DNA of 64,000 nucleotides. Source: Clostridiales bacterium (GTDB taxonomy: Bacteria; Bacillota; Clostridia; Saccharofermentanales; Saccharofermentanaceae). The position numbers and the translations under genes were made by a program. The stretch spans positions 3,486 through 67,485 of the forward strand of contig JAFZVF010000059.1 of assembly GCA_017617935.1 (NCBI GenBank), read 5' to 3'. Below the pieces are notes generated by a model. The model searched no databases. It was not told the origin of the DNA and saw nothing but the letters and a program-made list of their open reading frames with translations. Positions 48,589 to 58,479 of the stretch are shown piece after piece; positions within the stretch are counted from its first letter, which is position 1; each line of letters starts with the position of its first letter.

Positions 48589-48614
48589 GTTGCTTTTGAG
48601 GTCAGTCGTTCGCT

Positions 48615-48740
48615 CGTTCTATGAATCGCTCCAACTTTTGCCTGAAAGATAGAACGAAAGATAGAATTATGGCCAGTTTTGACTGTCATTCTATAAAACG
48701 CTCCAACTTTTGCCTGAAAGTTAGAACTAAAGATAGAATG
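48615..48740. repeat. 72-bp-period palindromic repeat array, 2 units (48615-48668, 48687-48740)
   Basis: C(G/A)TTCTAT....CGCTCCAACTTT TGCCTG AAAG.TAGAAC.AAAGATAGAAT, 18-bp spacer. Confidence 0.85.
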
Positions 48741-48837
48741 ACCGATACCGGGACTGGATTGAGGGCGATCCGATAACGGTAAAACATTGCTAACTCAATG
48801 TGATATAATCCGTTCGGGATAAAACAAGAGGGCGGTT

Positions 48838-51216
48838 ATGACACTAAAAGATCTGAAGCCGGGCATGTCGGCGGTAATTGAAAAAGTCGGAGGGGAAGGC
48901 GCGCTGAGGCAGCATTTCCTTGACATGGGCGTAATTCCGGGCGTTGAGATCACATTGATAAAATATGCTCCGATGGGCGACCCGATGGAGCTCATGATAC
49001 ACGGGTATGAGCTGACTTTAAGGCTCGCGGACGCAGAGCAGATAGAGATCAGCGAAACGCACAAAGAAGAGCCTGCGCCGGAACAGCCACAGGAAAAGGC
49101 GAAGGCGAAAAAGGAAGCGAAGCCCAAGGAACGCCAGCACCCGAGGATCGGCGAGGTCTATGCGGGCCACGATTATCAGGAGGAGCACGCCAAGGGACCA
49201 GTCAATACGGGAAAGCTCGTTTTCGCGCTCGCGGGAAACCAGAACTGCGGAAAGACTACGCTTTTCAACCAGCTGACTGGCGCAAACCAACACGTCGGCA
49301 ATTTTCCGGGCGTTACCGTTGACAGAAAGAGCGGCGCGATCAGAAACCATCCGGATACCGAGGTCGTTGACCTTCCAGGCATCTATTCGCTTTCGCCATA
49401 TACGAGCGAGGAGATCGTTTCGAGGCAGTTCATCCTCGAGGAAAAGCCGACGGCGATCATCAACATAATCGATGCGACCAACATTGAGCGCAACCTTTAC
49501 CTGACGCTGCAGCTGATGGGACTTGGAATACCGATGGTGCTCGCGGTCAACATGATGGACGAGCTCCGCGGAAACGGCGGTTCGGTCAGGATCAACGAGA
49601 TGGAGGAACTCCTCCAGATTCCGGTCGTACCGATCTCCGCAGCCAAGAACGAAGGTATTGAAGAGCTTATTAATCACGCGATACACGTGGCGGCATATGA
49701 TGAGAAGCCCGGACGCGTTGACTTCTGCGACAGTACGGCAGGCGGCGGTGCGGTCCACAGGGCGATCCACGGCGTAATGCACCTGATCGAAGACCATTGC
49801 GAGAGAGCGAAGATCCCCGTGAGATTTGCGGCGAGCAAGCTGATAGAAGGCGACCCGCTCGTTGAGAAGGCTTTGGACCTTGATGAAAACGAGCACGACA
49901 TGTTAGGACACATCGTCGATCAGATGGAAAAGGAAAGGGGCCTTGACCGTGCCGCAGCCATTGCGGACATGCGTTTCGGCTTCATTAGGAAGTTCTGCGA
50001 CGAGACCGTGGTCAAGCCTCACGAGAGCAAGGAACACGAGCGCTCGAGAAAGATCGATGAGGTCCTGACCGGCAAGTTTACGGCGATACCGCTTTTCATT
50101 CTCATAATGGCGGCGGTGTTCTTCCTGACTTTCAACGTCATCGGAAAGTTCTTCCAGGATCTTCTTGAACAGGGGATAGGGCTGCTTACTGATCTGGTTG
50201 ACGGCGCTCTCAAGTCTGCAAACGTCGCGGCGCCCATCCAGTCGCTCGTCATTGACGCGATCTTCAACGGCGTTGGAACCGTCGTGTCTTTTGTTCCTAT
50301 CATCGTCGTTCTGTTTTTCTTCCTGTCGATCCTGGAAGACAGCGGATATATGGCGCGCGTCGCGTTCGTAATGGACAAGCTTCTGCGTAAGATCGGTCTT
50401 TCTGGACGATCGATCGTTCCGCTTCTTATCGGATTTGGCTGCTCGGTACCTGCCGCGATGTCGACAAGGACTTTGCCTTCAACGAGGGACCGCCGCATGA
50501 CGACGCTCCTGATACCTTTCATGAGCTGCTCTGCGAAGACTCCGATATACGCGTTCATCTGTGCCGCGTTCTTTCCGAAGTATGCGGGACTCGTCATGAC
50601 GGGACTCTATTTCCTTGGCATCCTCATCGCGATCCTTGTCGCATTCGTTTCGAAGAGCACCGTTTTCAAGGGCGAAGCGGTTCCGTTCGTAATGGAACTG
50701 CCGAATTACAGGATGCCCGGAATAAAGAACGTCGCAAGGCTCATGTGGGACAAGGCAAAGGACTTTTTGTCCAGGGCCTTCACGGTCATCTTCATCGGAA
50801 CGATCGTCGTGTGGTTCCTGAAGACTTTTGATTTCAGATTCAACATGGTCACGGATTCGGGCGAGAGCATCCTTTCTTCGATCGCGGGCTTTATCGCTCC
50901 CGTTTTCGCGCCTTTGGGACTTGGCGATTGGAGGATAGTGACTTCGCTCATTGCGGGATTCCTTGCAAAGGAGAGCATCGTGTCGATGCTGTCGGTCCTG
51001 TATGGAAGCGTGGGCGCGCTGACTTCGTCTCTGACACCGGTCGATGCAATGGCCCTGTTGGTCTTCTGCCTGCTCTACACGCCGTGCGTAGCGGCCGTGG
51101 CGGCGGTCAAGAGGGAGAGGGGAGCTTTGTTTGCGACGGGCACGGTTGTTTTTCAATGTGTTGTTGCATGGGTGGTCGCACTATTGGTACACTTTATAGG
51201 ATTGCTGTTTATTTAA
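48838..51216 (+). CDS. feoB: ferrous iron transporter B with fused N-terminal FeoA domain
   Basis: FeoA (DMGVIPG...APMGDP), GNQNCGKT, DLPG, NMMD, GFGCSVPA, FVMELP. Confidence 0.95.
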   Translation: MTLKDLKPGMSAVIEKVGGEGALRQHFLDMGVIPGVEITLIKYAPMGDPMELMIHGYELTLRLADAEQIEISETHKEEPAPEQPQEKAKAKKEAKPKERQHPRIGEVYAGHDYQEEHAKGPVNTGKLVFALAGNQNCGKTTLFNQLTGANQHVGNFPGVTVDRKSGAIRNHPDTEVVDLPGIYSLSPYTSEEIVSRQFILEEKPTAIINIIDATNIERNLYLTLQLMGLGIPMVLAVNMMDELRGNGGSVRINEMEELLQIPVVPISAAKNEGIEELINHAIHVAAYDEKPGRVDFCDSTAGGGAVHRAIHGVMHLIEDHCERAKIPVRFAASKLIEGDPLVEKALDLDENEHDMLGHIVDQMEKERGLDRAAAIADMRFGFIRKFCDETVVKPHESKEHERSRKIDEVLTGKFTAIPLFILIMAAVFFLTFNVIGKFFQDLLEQGIGLLTDLVDGALKSANVAAPIQSLVIDAIFNGVGTVVSFVPIIVVLFFFLSILEDSGYMARVAFVMDKLLRKIGLSGRSIVPLLIGFGCSVPAAMSTRTLPSTRDRRMTTLLIPFMSCSAKTPIYAFICAAFFPKYAGLVMTGLYFLGILIAILVAFVSKSTVFKGEAVPFVMELPNYRMPGIKNVARLMWDKAKDFLSRAFTVIFIGTIVVWFLKTFDFRFNMVTDSGESILSSIAGFIAPVFAPLGLGDWRIVTSLIAGFLAKESIVSMLSVLYGSVGALTSSLTPVDAMALLVFCLLYTPCVAAVAAVKRERGALFATGTVVFQCVVAWVVALLVHFIGLLFI

Positions 51217-51245
51217 TTACAGACTATTAAGGGTGACGTTGGTTT

Positions 51246-51806
51246 ATGACCGAGAAAGACGAAGAGATATATCTTCGATACATAGCGAAAGAAGACGACA
51301 AGGATCTTGAGACGCTCCTGACAAGGCACAGGGACGGGCTCTTCCTTTTCCTCATGGGATTCGTTAAGAACGAGGAAGACGCCGAAGACCTTATGATGGA
51401 CACTTTCGCAAAACTCGCCGTCGACAAGCCCCACTTCGATCCCGACCGCACCGGAAGCTTCAAGAGCTGGCTTTACGCGATAGGCAGGAACAACGCATTG
51501 ATGCATCTTCGCAAGCACAAGTACCAGGCGGTCCCGTTGGATGAAGAGATCGTCTCGGAAGAAGAAACGCCCGAGACCGAGATGCTCAAGAGCGACAGAA
51601 ACAAAAAGCTGTATCAGGCCTTGAGGGCGCTGAAGCCCGAGTACCGGCAGGCCCTGATGCTTTTGTATTTCGAAGGGCTGTCGCACGATGAGATAGCGAC
51701 CTCTATGGGAATGAGAAAGAAACAGATATATCATTTGGTTGACAGGGGAAAAGAATCACTTAAGAAGACTTTGGAAAGGATGGGGATCAGCGATGCGCAG
51801 TATTGA
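51246..51806 (+). CDS. ECF-type RNA polymerase sigma factor
   Basis: DAEDLMMDTF, SFKSWLYAIGRN, region 4 YRQALMLLYFEGLSHDEIA. Confidence 0.92.
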   Translation: MTEKDEEIYLRYIAKEDDKDLETLLTRHRDGLFLFLMGFVKNEEDAEDLMMDTFAKLAVDKPHFDPDRTGSFKSWLYAIGRNNALMHLRKHKYQAVPLDEEIVSEEETPETEMLKSDRNKKLYQALRALKPEYRQALMLLYFEGLSHDEIATSMGMRKKQIYHLVDRGKESLKKTLERMGISDAQY

Positions 51807-52116
51807 CGAACAGATGAACGAGATCCGCCGCCGTAAGGACATATATGCCGAGGCTAAGAGCCTCAGAAAGAAAATGATCGCCGAAAGCGCGACGGGCATT
51901 GCATGCCTTGCGCTCATGATCTCTGCCGCGATCTTCCTGCCCAATATAAACATCGTGCGCGACGATGCGCCCATCCTTCAGTATGGAAGCATGATACAGT
52001 CATTGCCCGTTATCGGATACGTTCTCATCGCGCTTCTGGCTTTCGCCACGGGAGTCGCCATGACGCTTGCGTGCATTCACTGGAAAGAGCATAAGGAAAA
52101 AGAGCGGGAGATCTGA
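51793..52116 (+). CDS. small 2-TM protein, putative anti-sigma factor
   Basis: ATG 51793 overlaps the sigma 3' end; MRSIDEQMNEIRRR, two TMs; paralog at 55242. Confidence 0.65.
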   Translation: MRSIDEQMNEIRRRKDIYAEAKSLRKKMIAESATGIACLALMISAAIFLPNINIVRDDAPILQYGSMIQSLPVIGYVLIALLAFATGVAMTLACIHWKEHKEKEREI

Positions 52117-52118
52117 AA

Positions 52119-52904
52119 TTGGAACTGTTTTTGGTCGGAACCAACCTTTTACAGACGGCGGTGCTCGCAGCACTGGTCTTTCTGTCAATCAGGCTGCTTT
52201 TAAAGAAGACCGGCTCTTTAACCGCGGTCTTCGTTTCGTTCTTTTTTGCCTTATGGTTTTTGGCTGACATTTACTGGCTGGTCTATGACATTCTGAGAGC
52301 GGATGCCAGGATGCCGTTTGCCGCCAATGAGTTCGCAGAAGCGGCAATGATGCTGACGCTGGCTGCAGCCCTTAATTCGGCGGTCCCTCACGGAACGCGC
52401 GCAGCGGTCAGGCAGGTAATCTGCGGAGCCTTGTTTGCCGTCAGCAACGTCGTTTTGTGGATAGCGTGGTCCGGAGAGTGGGTCCAGGACGTAATTACGG
52501 GTCTGGCGTTCATTTGGTTTGTTTCTTCTGCGGTCTGTTCGCTGAAAGTCGTCCATGCTCTCTCAAAAAAGGAATGGGTGTTGCTTGGCGGTTTGTGTGT
52601 GTTGCTTATCGTAGGCCAGGGGCTTACGTTCTTTTTCGAGGAACCCTTCAAAAGCAGCATCGATACGGGATGTTACGTTCTTCTCTCGCTCATCATCCTG
52701 TATTGGCTGGTCAAGCTGATCATTTCATACAAACGGAAGCATTCCGCTCAAAGGCTTATGTCGCTTGCAGTGGCGAATACCGTCTGGATCATAGTGGCTA
52801 TTTTCATGAGTTCGGGATTGATCTACACGATCTACTTTAACATCGAGACTCTTACCGGCGTGCTTGTCTTTCTTGCTGCATCAAAGGTGGTGAAAGAGTC
52901 ATGA
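52119..52904 (+). CDS. hypothetical polytopic membrane protein
   Basis: About 8-9 hydrophobic segments; coupled in the ECF operon. Confidence 0.75.
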   Translation: MELFLVGTNLLQTAVLAALVFLSIRLLLKKTGSLTAVFVSFFFALWFLADIYWLVYDILRADARMPFAANEFAEAAMMLTLAAALNSAVPHGTRAAVRQVICGALFAVSNVVLWIAWSGEWVQDVITGLAFIWFVSSAVCSLKVVHALSKKEWVLLGGLCVLLIVGQGLTFFFEEPFKSSIDTGCYVLLSLIILYWLVKLIISYKRKHSAQRLMSLAVANTVWIIVAIFMSSGLIYTIYFNIETLTGVLVFLAASKVVKES

Positions 52905-53530
52905 TCTATTCGGAAAACATTTTTGTATGCATGATCGTGCCGATAATCGTCACCCTCATTTTCGTTAAGGGGAACGCGCGCAGGCTTGAGCTTAACTTCA
53001 TAATTGGAATGTCCGTCTGTCTTCTCGGTGCATACGTAAGCGGCTTCTTTAACGCCGTATCGGGAATCGGAGTCGAGGATACGGCGATCTTCATCTCGCC
53101 CGTTGTGGAAGAGGCCATGAAGTTCCTGCCGCTTTTCTTCTACTTCTACATGTTTGAACCTGATGACGACGGCGTATTCCTTGCCGCGGTCGGCATTGGC
53201 GCAGGCTTTGCATCCTTTGAGAACGTCTGCTACATGGTGTCTTCCGGCGCGGAAAGCCTCAGCTTCCTGCTCATCAGGGGTCTTGCCGTCGGCGTAATGC
53301 ACATCGTAAGCGTATACGCATCGGTGTTCGGACTTGTCATTGCCAGGAAGCTTAAGGCGATGAGGATCTCAAGCGTCGTAGGATCTTTGTCTTTGAGCAT
53401 GCTTTTCCATGGAACCTATAATCTTCTGGTCTCCGCGCCGGGCATAACTTCTTACATTGGATTTGCGGTACCGCTTCTCATGGCGGCCTTGATGCTCCTT
53501 GCTATGAGGCGCCTTAAGAGGGCGGAATAA
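52901..53530 (+). CDS. PrsW-family intramembrane protease
   Basis: PVVEEAMK, GAGFASFEN, FHGTYN motifs. Confidence 0.85.
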   Translation: MIYSENIFVCMIVPIIVTLIFVKGNARRLELNFIIGMSVCLLGAYVSGFFNAVSGIGVEDTAIFISPVVEEAMKFLPLFFYFYMFEPDDDGVFLAAVGIGAGFASFENVCYMVSSGAESLSFLLIRGLAVGVMHIVSVYASVFGLVIARKLKAMRISSVVGSLSLSMLFHGTYNLLVSAPGITSYIGFAVPLLMAALMLLAMRRLKRAE

Positions 53531-53650
53531 AACAGTCCTTCCGGAATTTTAAAAAAATCCAATATTTTTCTAAATATGGGTGGGTAAATCGATCATCCGC
53601 TGCATTTTATATGGTGAAAGCACAAAAATATGAAAGCAGGAGGTTGATCT

Positions 53651-55222
53651 ATGAAATCAAAACGCTTATTGTCAGTGCTGCTCGCAGCTGCGATGATCGC
53701 AGGCGCAACGCCGGTTTCCGTATTTGCAGGAAGGCTCGATCCTGAAGAAACGGAACCCACTCAGATTACCGAACCGGAAGAAAAAGAGCCTTCCAAGCCG
53801 ACGGAAAAGGAAACCGAACCTGAGGCAAAAGAGACTGAAGCTCCCAAGGAAACTGAACCTGAGGTAAAGGAAACCGAAGAACCCAAGTCTGAAGAAACCG
53901 AGGAGACCGGCAAGGAAGATCCGAAAGATCCTGAAGAGGGCGAAAAGGCACCGGAAGAATCTGAAAAACCGGTTGAGAACCCTTCCGAAGATCCTGAGGA
54001 GTCCGAAAAGCCTGCTGAAAAAACACACAAAGTCACCGCTAAAAATGCATCCGTTTCAAATGCGGCCATTTCAAAAGACGGCACTCTTACATGGGATGCA
54101 GTTGATGGTGCTGACGGATATACTTTATGTATAAATGAGTATTCTTCATATTTTGACAAATCATTCGGCACCTCGATCGACGTTAATAAAGAGATCAATC
54201 AAGACATCAAGATGGGATTGATCAAAAAACCGAGCAACAATACTTATAAAGTCAAGATCAAGGCAACAAAATACAATAGTGAAACTCAGGCAGACGACAT
54301 TATTGCCGAATCTGATGAACTTTCATACGCATACAAGACTTCCGCAACTTTTGTCAAAGTCGGTACGTTTACCGGCATTAAAATGTCCGGAAAGAATCTT
54401 GTATGGAACAAGATCAAGGGTGCAACATCTTATTGCGTGGGTTATGACGGATTGCATTACATGTCTGAAAACTCATACGAACTCGGCCCTGTAATCGATA
54501 ACGAGATCGAAACCCGTCTTATCTATAAGAGCTGCAATGACAAGTACGGTGTCTATCTGTGTGCATATGACAGTGATGACGTATTGATTGCAGAATGGAG
54601 CGGATTGGTTACTTATAAGACGAATGCCGCTCCTCCGACGCTTCCTTCTATGACAAACGTCAGCATTTCCAAAGAGGGAATCCTTACCTGGGACGCTTAT
54701 CCGTCAGCAACCTTTTATAGCGCAAGGATCGTAGGAGCGAATGACTATACGTGGGCTTATAGCGATGATGGAGTTCCCCTGGTGATCGATCTCAAAAAGA
54801 ACATCCTCGCTGAAGTCAATAACGGTTTTGAAGAATTGAGCACTTATAAGATCGAACTCTATGCATATGACTCTAACGGACAGATAGCGCAATTCGATCT
54901 AACGTACAAATATAAGGAAGCGAATACGTTATCCGTCAAGGCCAAGAAGGCATATAAGGTCAAAGCAAGCAAGGTTAAGAAAAAGAACCAGAGCATTAAG
55001 CGTTCTAAGGTTTTGACCATAAAGAACAACAAAGGAGCACTGTCTTTCTATAAAGCATCCGGTAACGCGAAGATCGTTATCAATGCAACAAGCGGAAAGA
55101 TTACCGTAAAGAAGAAGTTAAAGAAGGGAACCTATAAGGTTCAGGTAAGGGTCAAGGCTGCAGGCAATGCCATATACGCTCAGTCCACAAAGACCGTTAC
55201 CATCACGATCAAGGTTAAATGA
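53651..55222 (+). CDS. secreted surface protein: acidic E/P/T/K linker, three FN3-like repeats, basic C-terminal domain
   Basis: Signal peptide; GTLTWDAVDGA / NLVWNKIKGA / GILTWDAYPSA repeats; Lys-rich ANTLSVK...KGTYKV.V.V.AAGN..Y domain. Confidence 0.8.
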   Translation: MKSKRLLSVLLAAAMIAGATPVSVFAGRLDPEETEPTQITEPEEKEPSKPTEKETEPEAKETEAPKETEPEVKETEEPKSEETEETGKEDPKDPEEGEKAPEESEKPVENPSEDPEESEKPAEKTHKVTAKNASVSNAAISKDGTLTWDAVDGADGYTLCINEYSSYFDKSFGTSIDVNKEINQDIKMGLIKKPSNNTYKVKIKATKYNSETQADDIIAESDELSYAYKTSATFVKVGTFTGIKMSGKNLVWNKIKGATSYCVGYDGLHYMSENSYELGPVIDNEIETRLIYKSCNDKYGVYLCAYDSDDVLIAEWSGLVTYKTNAAPPTLPSMTNVSISKEGILTWDAYPSATFYSARIVGANDYTWAYSDDGVPLVIDLKKNILAEVNNGFEELSTYKIELYAYDSNGQIAQFDLTYKYKEANTLSVKAKKAYKVKASKVKKKNQSIKRSKVLTIKNNKGALSFYKASGNAKIVINATSGKITVKKKLKKGTYKVQVRVKAAGNAIYAQSTKTVTITIKVK

Positions 55223-55241
55223 TCTCGAAAGGGAGACGTTG

Positions 55242-55556
55242 ATGCGCAGCGTTGAAGAACAGATGAGAGAGATCTCAAGGCGCAAAAAGCGCTATGAGGA
55301 TGCCAGGAAGGGCCGGGTTTATGCCGCAACCGGTGCCGGCCTTCTGGTGGCGCTCATCGTGGTCATCGCGATCGCTCCGGGCACGGCAGCGGTGTTTGAA
55401 CAAAACAGGATTACCGTGTTGGGTTCGACGATCCTTGGCGCCAAGACGGGCGGCTACGTGCTTGTTGCGCTGATATCATTTACGATCGGGGTGTTCGCTA
55501 CGATGTTTAGCAGGCAATATCGTAAGAACAAACAGGATCGGGAAAAAGAAGACTGA
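55242..55556 (+). CDS. second small 2-TM protein, paralog of 51793
   Basis: MRSVEEQMREISRR...GYVLVALISFTIGV vs MRSIDEQMNEIRRR...GYVLIALLAFATGV. Confidence 0.7.
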   Translation: MRSVEEQMREISRRKKRYEDARKGRVYAATGAGLLVALIVVIAIAPGTAAVFEQNRITVLGSTILGAKTGGYVLVALISFTIGVFATMFSRQYRKNKQDREKED

Positions 55557-55700
55557 CCAAGGTTCTTATCTCCTTGTTGGGGGTCGTGCATTGCACGGCC
55601 CTTTTAAATTTGGGCATTTTAGGTGCAAATGAGCACGGAACGCCACTTTTTTAAGCGTTGTGATAAAATATCGTTGATAAAATGAGGGGGAATTTGAATT

Positions 55701-56528
55701 ATGAGAGACAGAAACAAAAACATTCAAATGCTCGAAGAAACCCTCGCGATCTGCAGCAGGGGGTTTTACGGCGTAGACGGCAACCGTGCCGAGTGCAAGC
55801 TTACAAAGCTTCAGATGCCCCAGGCTGAGGTCATTCTGCCCGAAGATGAGATCCCGTCTCTCGATCAGTTCGGAAGAAGATTCACTACCGAATACAGATG
55901 CGAATACGGAGACTCTTTCGGAGCCGCCAGAAAGCTTGCCGACGAAGGCAAGGAGTGCATCCTGGTCCTCAATTTTGCTAATGCCTTTCATCCGGGCGGA
56001 GGCGTCAGGAACGGCGCAAACGCACAGGAGGAAGACCTGTGCCGCAAGAGCTCGCTCCTTTTCTCGCTCGAGAGCATGCAGGCCAGAAGATTCTACAACT
56101 ACAACTGGAAGCAGACGAACAACCTCGGAACGGATGCCGTGATAATCACGCCTAGAGTCGAGATAATCAGGGACGACGAGAATGAGCTCCTTGAAGAAAG
56201 CGTCGTCGTCGCGGTCATGACCTGCGCCGCTCCCAACGTCAAGGAAGGCATGGCCGATCTGACTCAGGAAGATTACGAAAATCTCATATATAACAGGATA
56301 ATGAGGATGCTCGTTGTTGCGGCCAGCCGCGGTTACAGCAACCTTGTTCTGGGAGCTTGGGGATGCGGCGCTTTCGGCAACGATCCAAAGACCATGTCCG
56401 ATCTGTTCAAGAAGGCCGCGAGGGAGACCGACGGGCTTTTTGAGACGATGGAATTCGCTATAATAAAAAACGATGAAAAGCCTGAGAACTTCAACGAGTT
56501 CTCGCGCAACTTCAAGGTGGAGTCCTGA
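55701..56528 (+). CDS. TIGR02452-like bacterial poly(ADP-ribose) glycohydrolase (macrodomain)
   Basis: VLNFANAFHPGGG..NGANAQEEDLCRKS signature, TCAAPN, LVLGAWGCGAFGNDP. Confidence 0.88.
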   Translation: MRDRNKNIQMLEETLAICSRGFYGVDGNRAECKLTKLQMPQAEVILPEDEIPSLDQFGRRFTTEYRCEYGDSFGAARKLADEGKECILVLNFANAFHPGGGVRNGANAQEEDLCRKSSLLFSLESMQARRFYNYNWKQTNNLGTDAVIITPRVEIIRDDENELLEESVVVAVMTCAAPNVKEGMADLTQEDYENLIYNRIMRMLVVAASRGYSNLVLGAWGCGAFGNDPKTMSDLFKKAARETDGLFETMEFAIIKNDEKPENFNEFSRNFKVES

Positions 56529-56540
56529 AGGTAAAGGAAA

Positions 56541-57911
56541 ATGCAGTACGCAGAAAAAGACAAGAGATACAAACTTAAAGAGAGGATCCCTTTGGTGATC
56601 CTCCATTATTTGACGGGCGCTTTTGCGGCCAACGCCTACATGCTCATCAGGTTTGACAAGAGGTTCTGGATACCCGCGCTTATCTGCTTTGCGCTGGCGT
56701 TCGTATTGCCCGTTTTCTGCGCGGGAGGATTCCCCGGGAAGAAGCTGAAAGGCTGCTATTACGGCCTTAAGATGATCCTGATGTTCCTCGTGTCGACGTG
56801 CGTATCCGTCATCGTTTTCACGCTAACGATGGTCTACATCGGGAAGGAAGGGTTCTTTTCCTGGTGGCCCGCGCTCGTCATCCCTTACACGGCTGAACTC
56901 TTCTATTTCTGGGTCGGCATCATTGTCGTTTACGTCAATTCAAAGCAGCTTGGACTCAAGTACAGGCTGATCGGCCTGCTTTGCGGCATGATACCCATCG
57001 CGCACCTTTTCGCGCTCGGAATGATAATCAAGAAAGTCGATTACGAGGTCAAGCTCGAGTACGCGAAAAACAAGCTCGATCTGGCAAGACAGAAGGAGCA
57101 GGTCTGCAGGACGCGCTATCCGATCCTCATGGTCCACGGCGTGTTCTTCAGGGATTTCGACCATTTCAATTATTGGGGAAGGACGCCCAAGGAGCTTGAA
57201 AGAAACGGCGCGAAGATCTTTTACGGCGAGCATGAATCGGCAAGCCCGGTTCCCGTGAGCGCGCAGCAGATCGCCGACAAGGTCATGCAGATCATCAGGG
57301 AGGAGAACTGCGGCAAAGTCAACATAATCGCGCATTCCAAGGGCGGACTCGACACTAGGTACGCCGTAAGCATGTTGGGGATCGCTCCGTACGTCGCTTC
57401 GATCACTACCGTAAACACGCCTCACAGGGGCTGCGAGTTCGCCGACTACCTCTTGGGCAAGGCTCCGCAGAAGCTTAGGGAAAGCGTTGCAGCAGGTTAC
57501 AATGCGGCGCTCCGCAAGATCGGAGACCTTCATCCCGACTTCATTTCCGCAGTCACGGACCTTACCGCTTCCAAATGCCAGGAATTGAACAACGTCATGA
57601 ACGGCTTCGACATGAAGGCGCACGGAATATATACGCAGAGCATAGGTTCCGTTCTCTTCCGTTCGCAGGGCGGAAGGTTCCCTCTCAACATGAGCTACAT
57701 GCTGGTCAAGGCTTTTGACGGCAAGAACGACGGCCTTGTCGGCGAGGGCTCATTCCAATGGGGAGAGAAATTCACCTTCATCGAACCTGACAACAAGCGC
57801 GGGGTTTCCCACGGCGACATAATCGACTTAAACCGTGAGAACATTCCGGGATTTGACGTTCGCGAGTTCTTCGTGGAGCTCGTCTCAGACTTAAAGAACA
57901 GAGGCCTTTGA
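56541..57911 (+). CDS. membrane-bound triacylglycerol lipase-like hydrolase
   Basis: N-terminal TMs; YPILMVHG, AHSKGG, TPHRG, NDGLV, SHGDII. Confidence 0.85.
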   Translation: MQYAEKDKRYKLKERIPLVILHYLTGAFAANAYMLIRFDKRFWIPALICFALAFVLPVFCAGGFPGKKLKGCYYGLKMILMFLVSTCVSVIVFTLTMVYIGKEGFFSWWPALVIPYTAELFYFWVGIIVVYVNSKQLGLKYRLIGLLCGMIPIAHLFALGMIIKKVDYEVKLEYAKNKLDLARQKEQVCRTRYPILMVHGVFFRDFDHFNYWGRTPKELERNGAKIFYGEHESASPVPVSAQQIADKVMQIIREENCGKVNIIAHSKGGLDTRYAVSMLGIAPYVASITTVNTPHRGCEFADYLLGKAPQKLRESVAAGYNAALRKIGDLHPDFISAVTDLTASKCQELNNVMNGFDMKAHGIYTQSIGSVLFRSQGGRFPLNMSYMLVKAFDGKNDGLVGEGSFQWGEKFTFIEPDNKRGVSHGDIIDLNRENIPGFDVREFFVELVSDLKNRGL

Positions 57912-57925
57912 GAAGGCCTCTTTTT
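57900..57925 (+). terminator. terminator overlapping the lipase stop codon
   Basis: AGAGGCCTT-TGAG-AAGGCCTCT followed by TTTT. Confidence 0.75.
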
Positions 57926-57983
57926 CATTGCAACATTATCGGCTTCCCGTTTGTATTAATGGCAGAAAACCAATTCGGAGGAA

Positions 57984-58463
57984 ATGCAAATGAAGAAGTT
58001 GATGAGTGTCTTTATGGTCCTGGTACTTGCCTTTGCAATGTGCGGATGTTCGCTTTTTGCAACGTCAAACCGCAGGAAAGTCAATCTCGAAGAAGTCAGA
58101 AAGAACCGCGGCGTTTTGCTCGAGGTTACCTCCCATCCTCAGGGCCCGATGAAAGAGGAAGACGTGGAAAGATATACAAATACCCAGAAGGTGACTTATG
58201 ACGGATGCGCATACAATCCGTTCAACACGATGGGCGTAAAGATGACCGATGAGGAATTCCTCTTCATTTACGAATTCTGCCTTGACGCATATGAAAAAGA
58301 TCTTTACAAGGATTACAGCGAAGAGGTTGACGACGGCACGACCTTTACCTTCGTTTACTACGATGAAAACGGCGACTCCCACGTTCTTTACGACGGCTAC
58401 TGCTACGCCAACAAGACGCTTACTAAAGTCAGGGAGATCATCGGAAAATATTCATTGGATTGA
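57984..58463 (+). CDS. hypothetical lipoprotein
   Basis: MKKLMSVFMVLVLAFAMCGC lipobox-like leader, GGAGG RBS. Confidence 0.75.
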   Translation: MQMKKLMSVFMVLVLAFAMCGCSLFATSNRRKVNLEEVRKNRGVLLEVTSHPQGPMKEEDVERYTNTQKVTYDGCAYNPFNTMGVKMTDEEFLFIYEFCLDAYEKDLYKDYSEEVDDGTTFTFVYYDENGDSHVLYDGYCYANKTLTKVREIIGKYSLD

Positions 58464-58479
58464 CGTCTAATGATAAAAT

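Noticed and set aside
48780-48812. Fur/DtxR box upstream of feoAB (CATTG-N6-CAATG)
   Set aside because: Only a 5-bp dyad and a poor match to either consensus; cannot be supported
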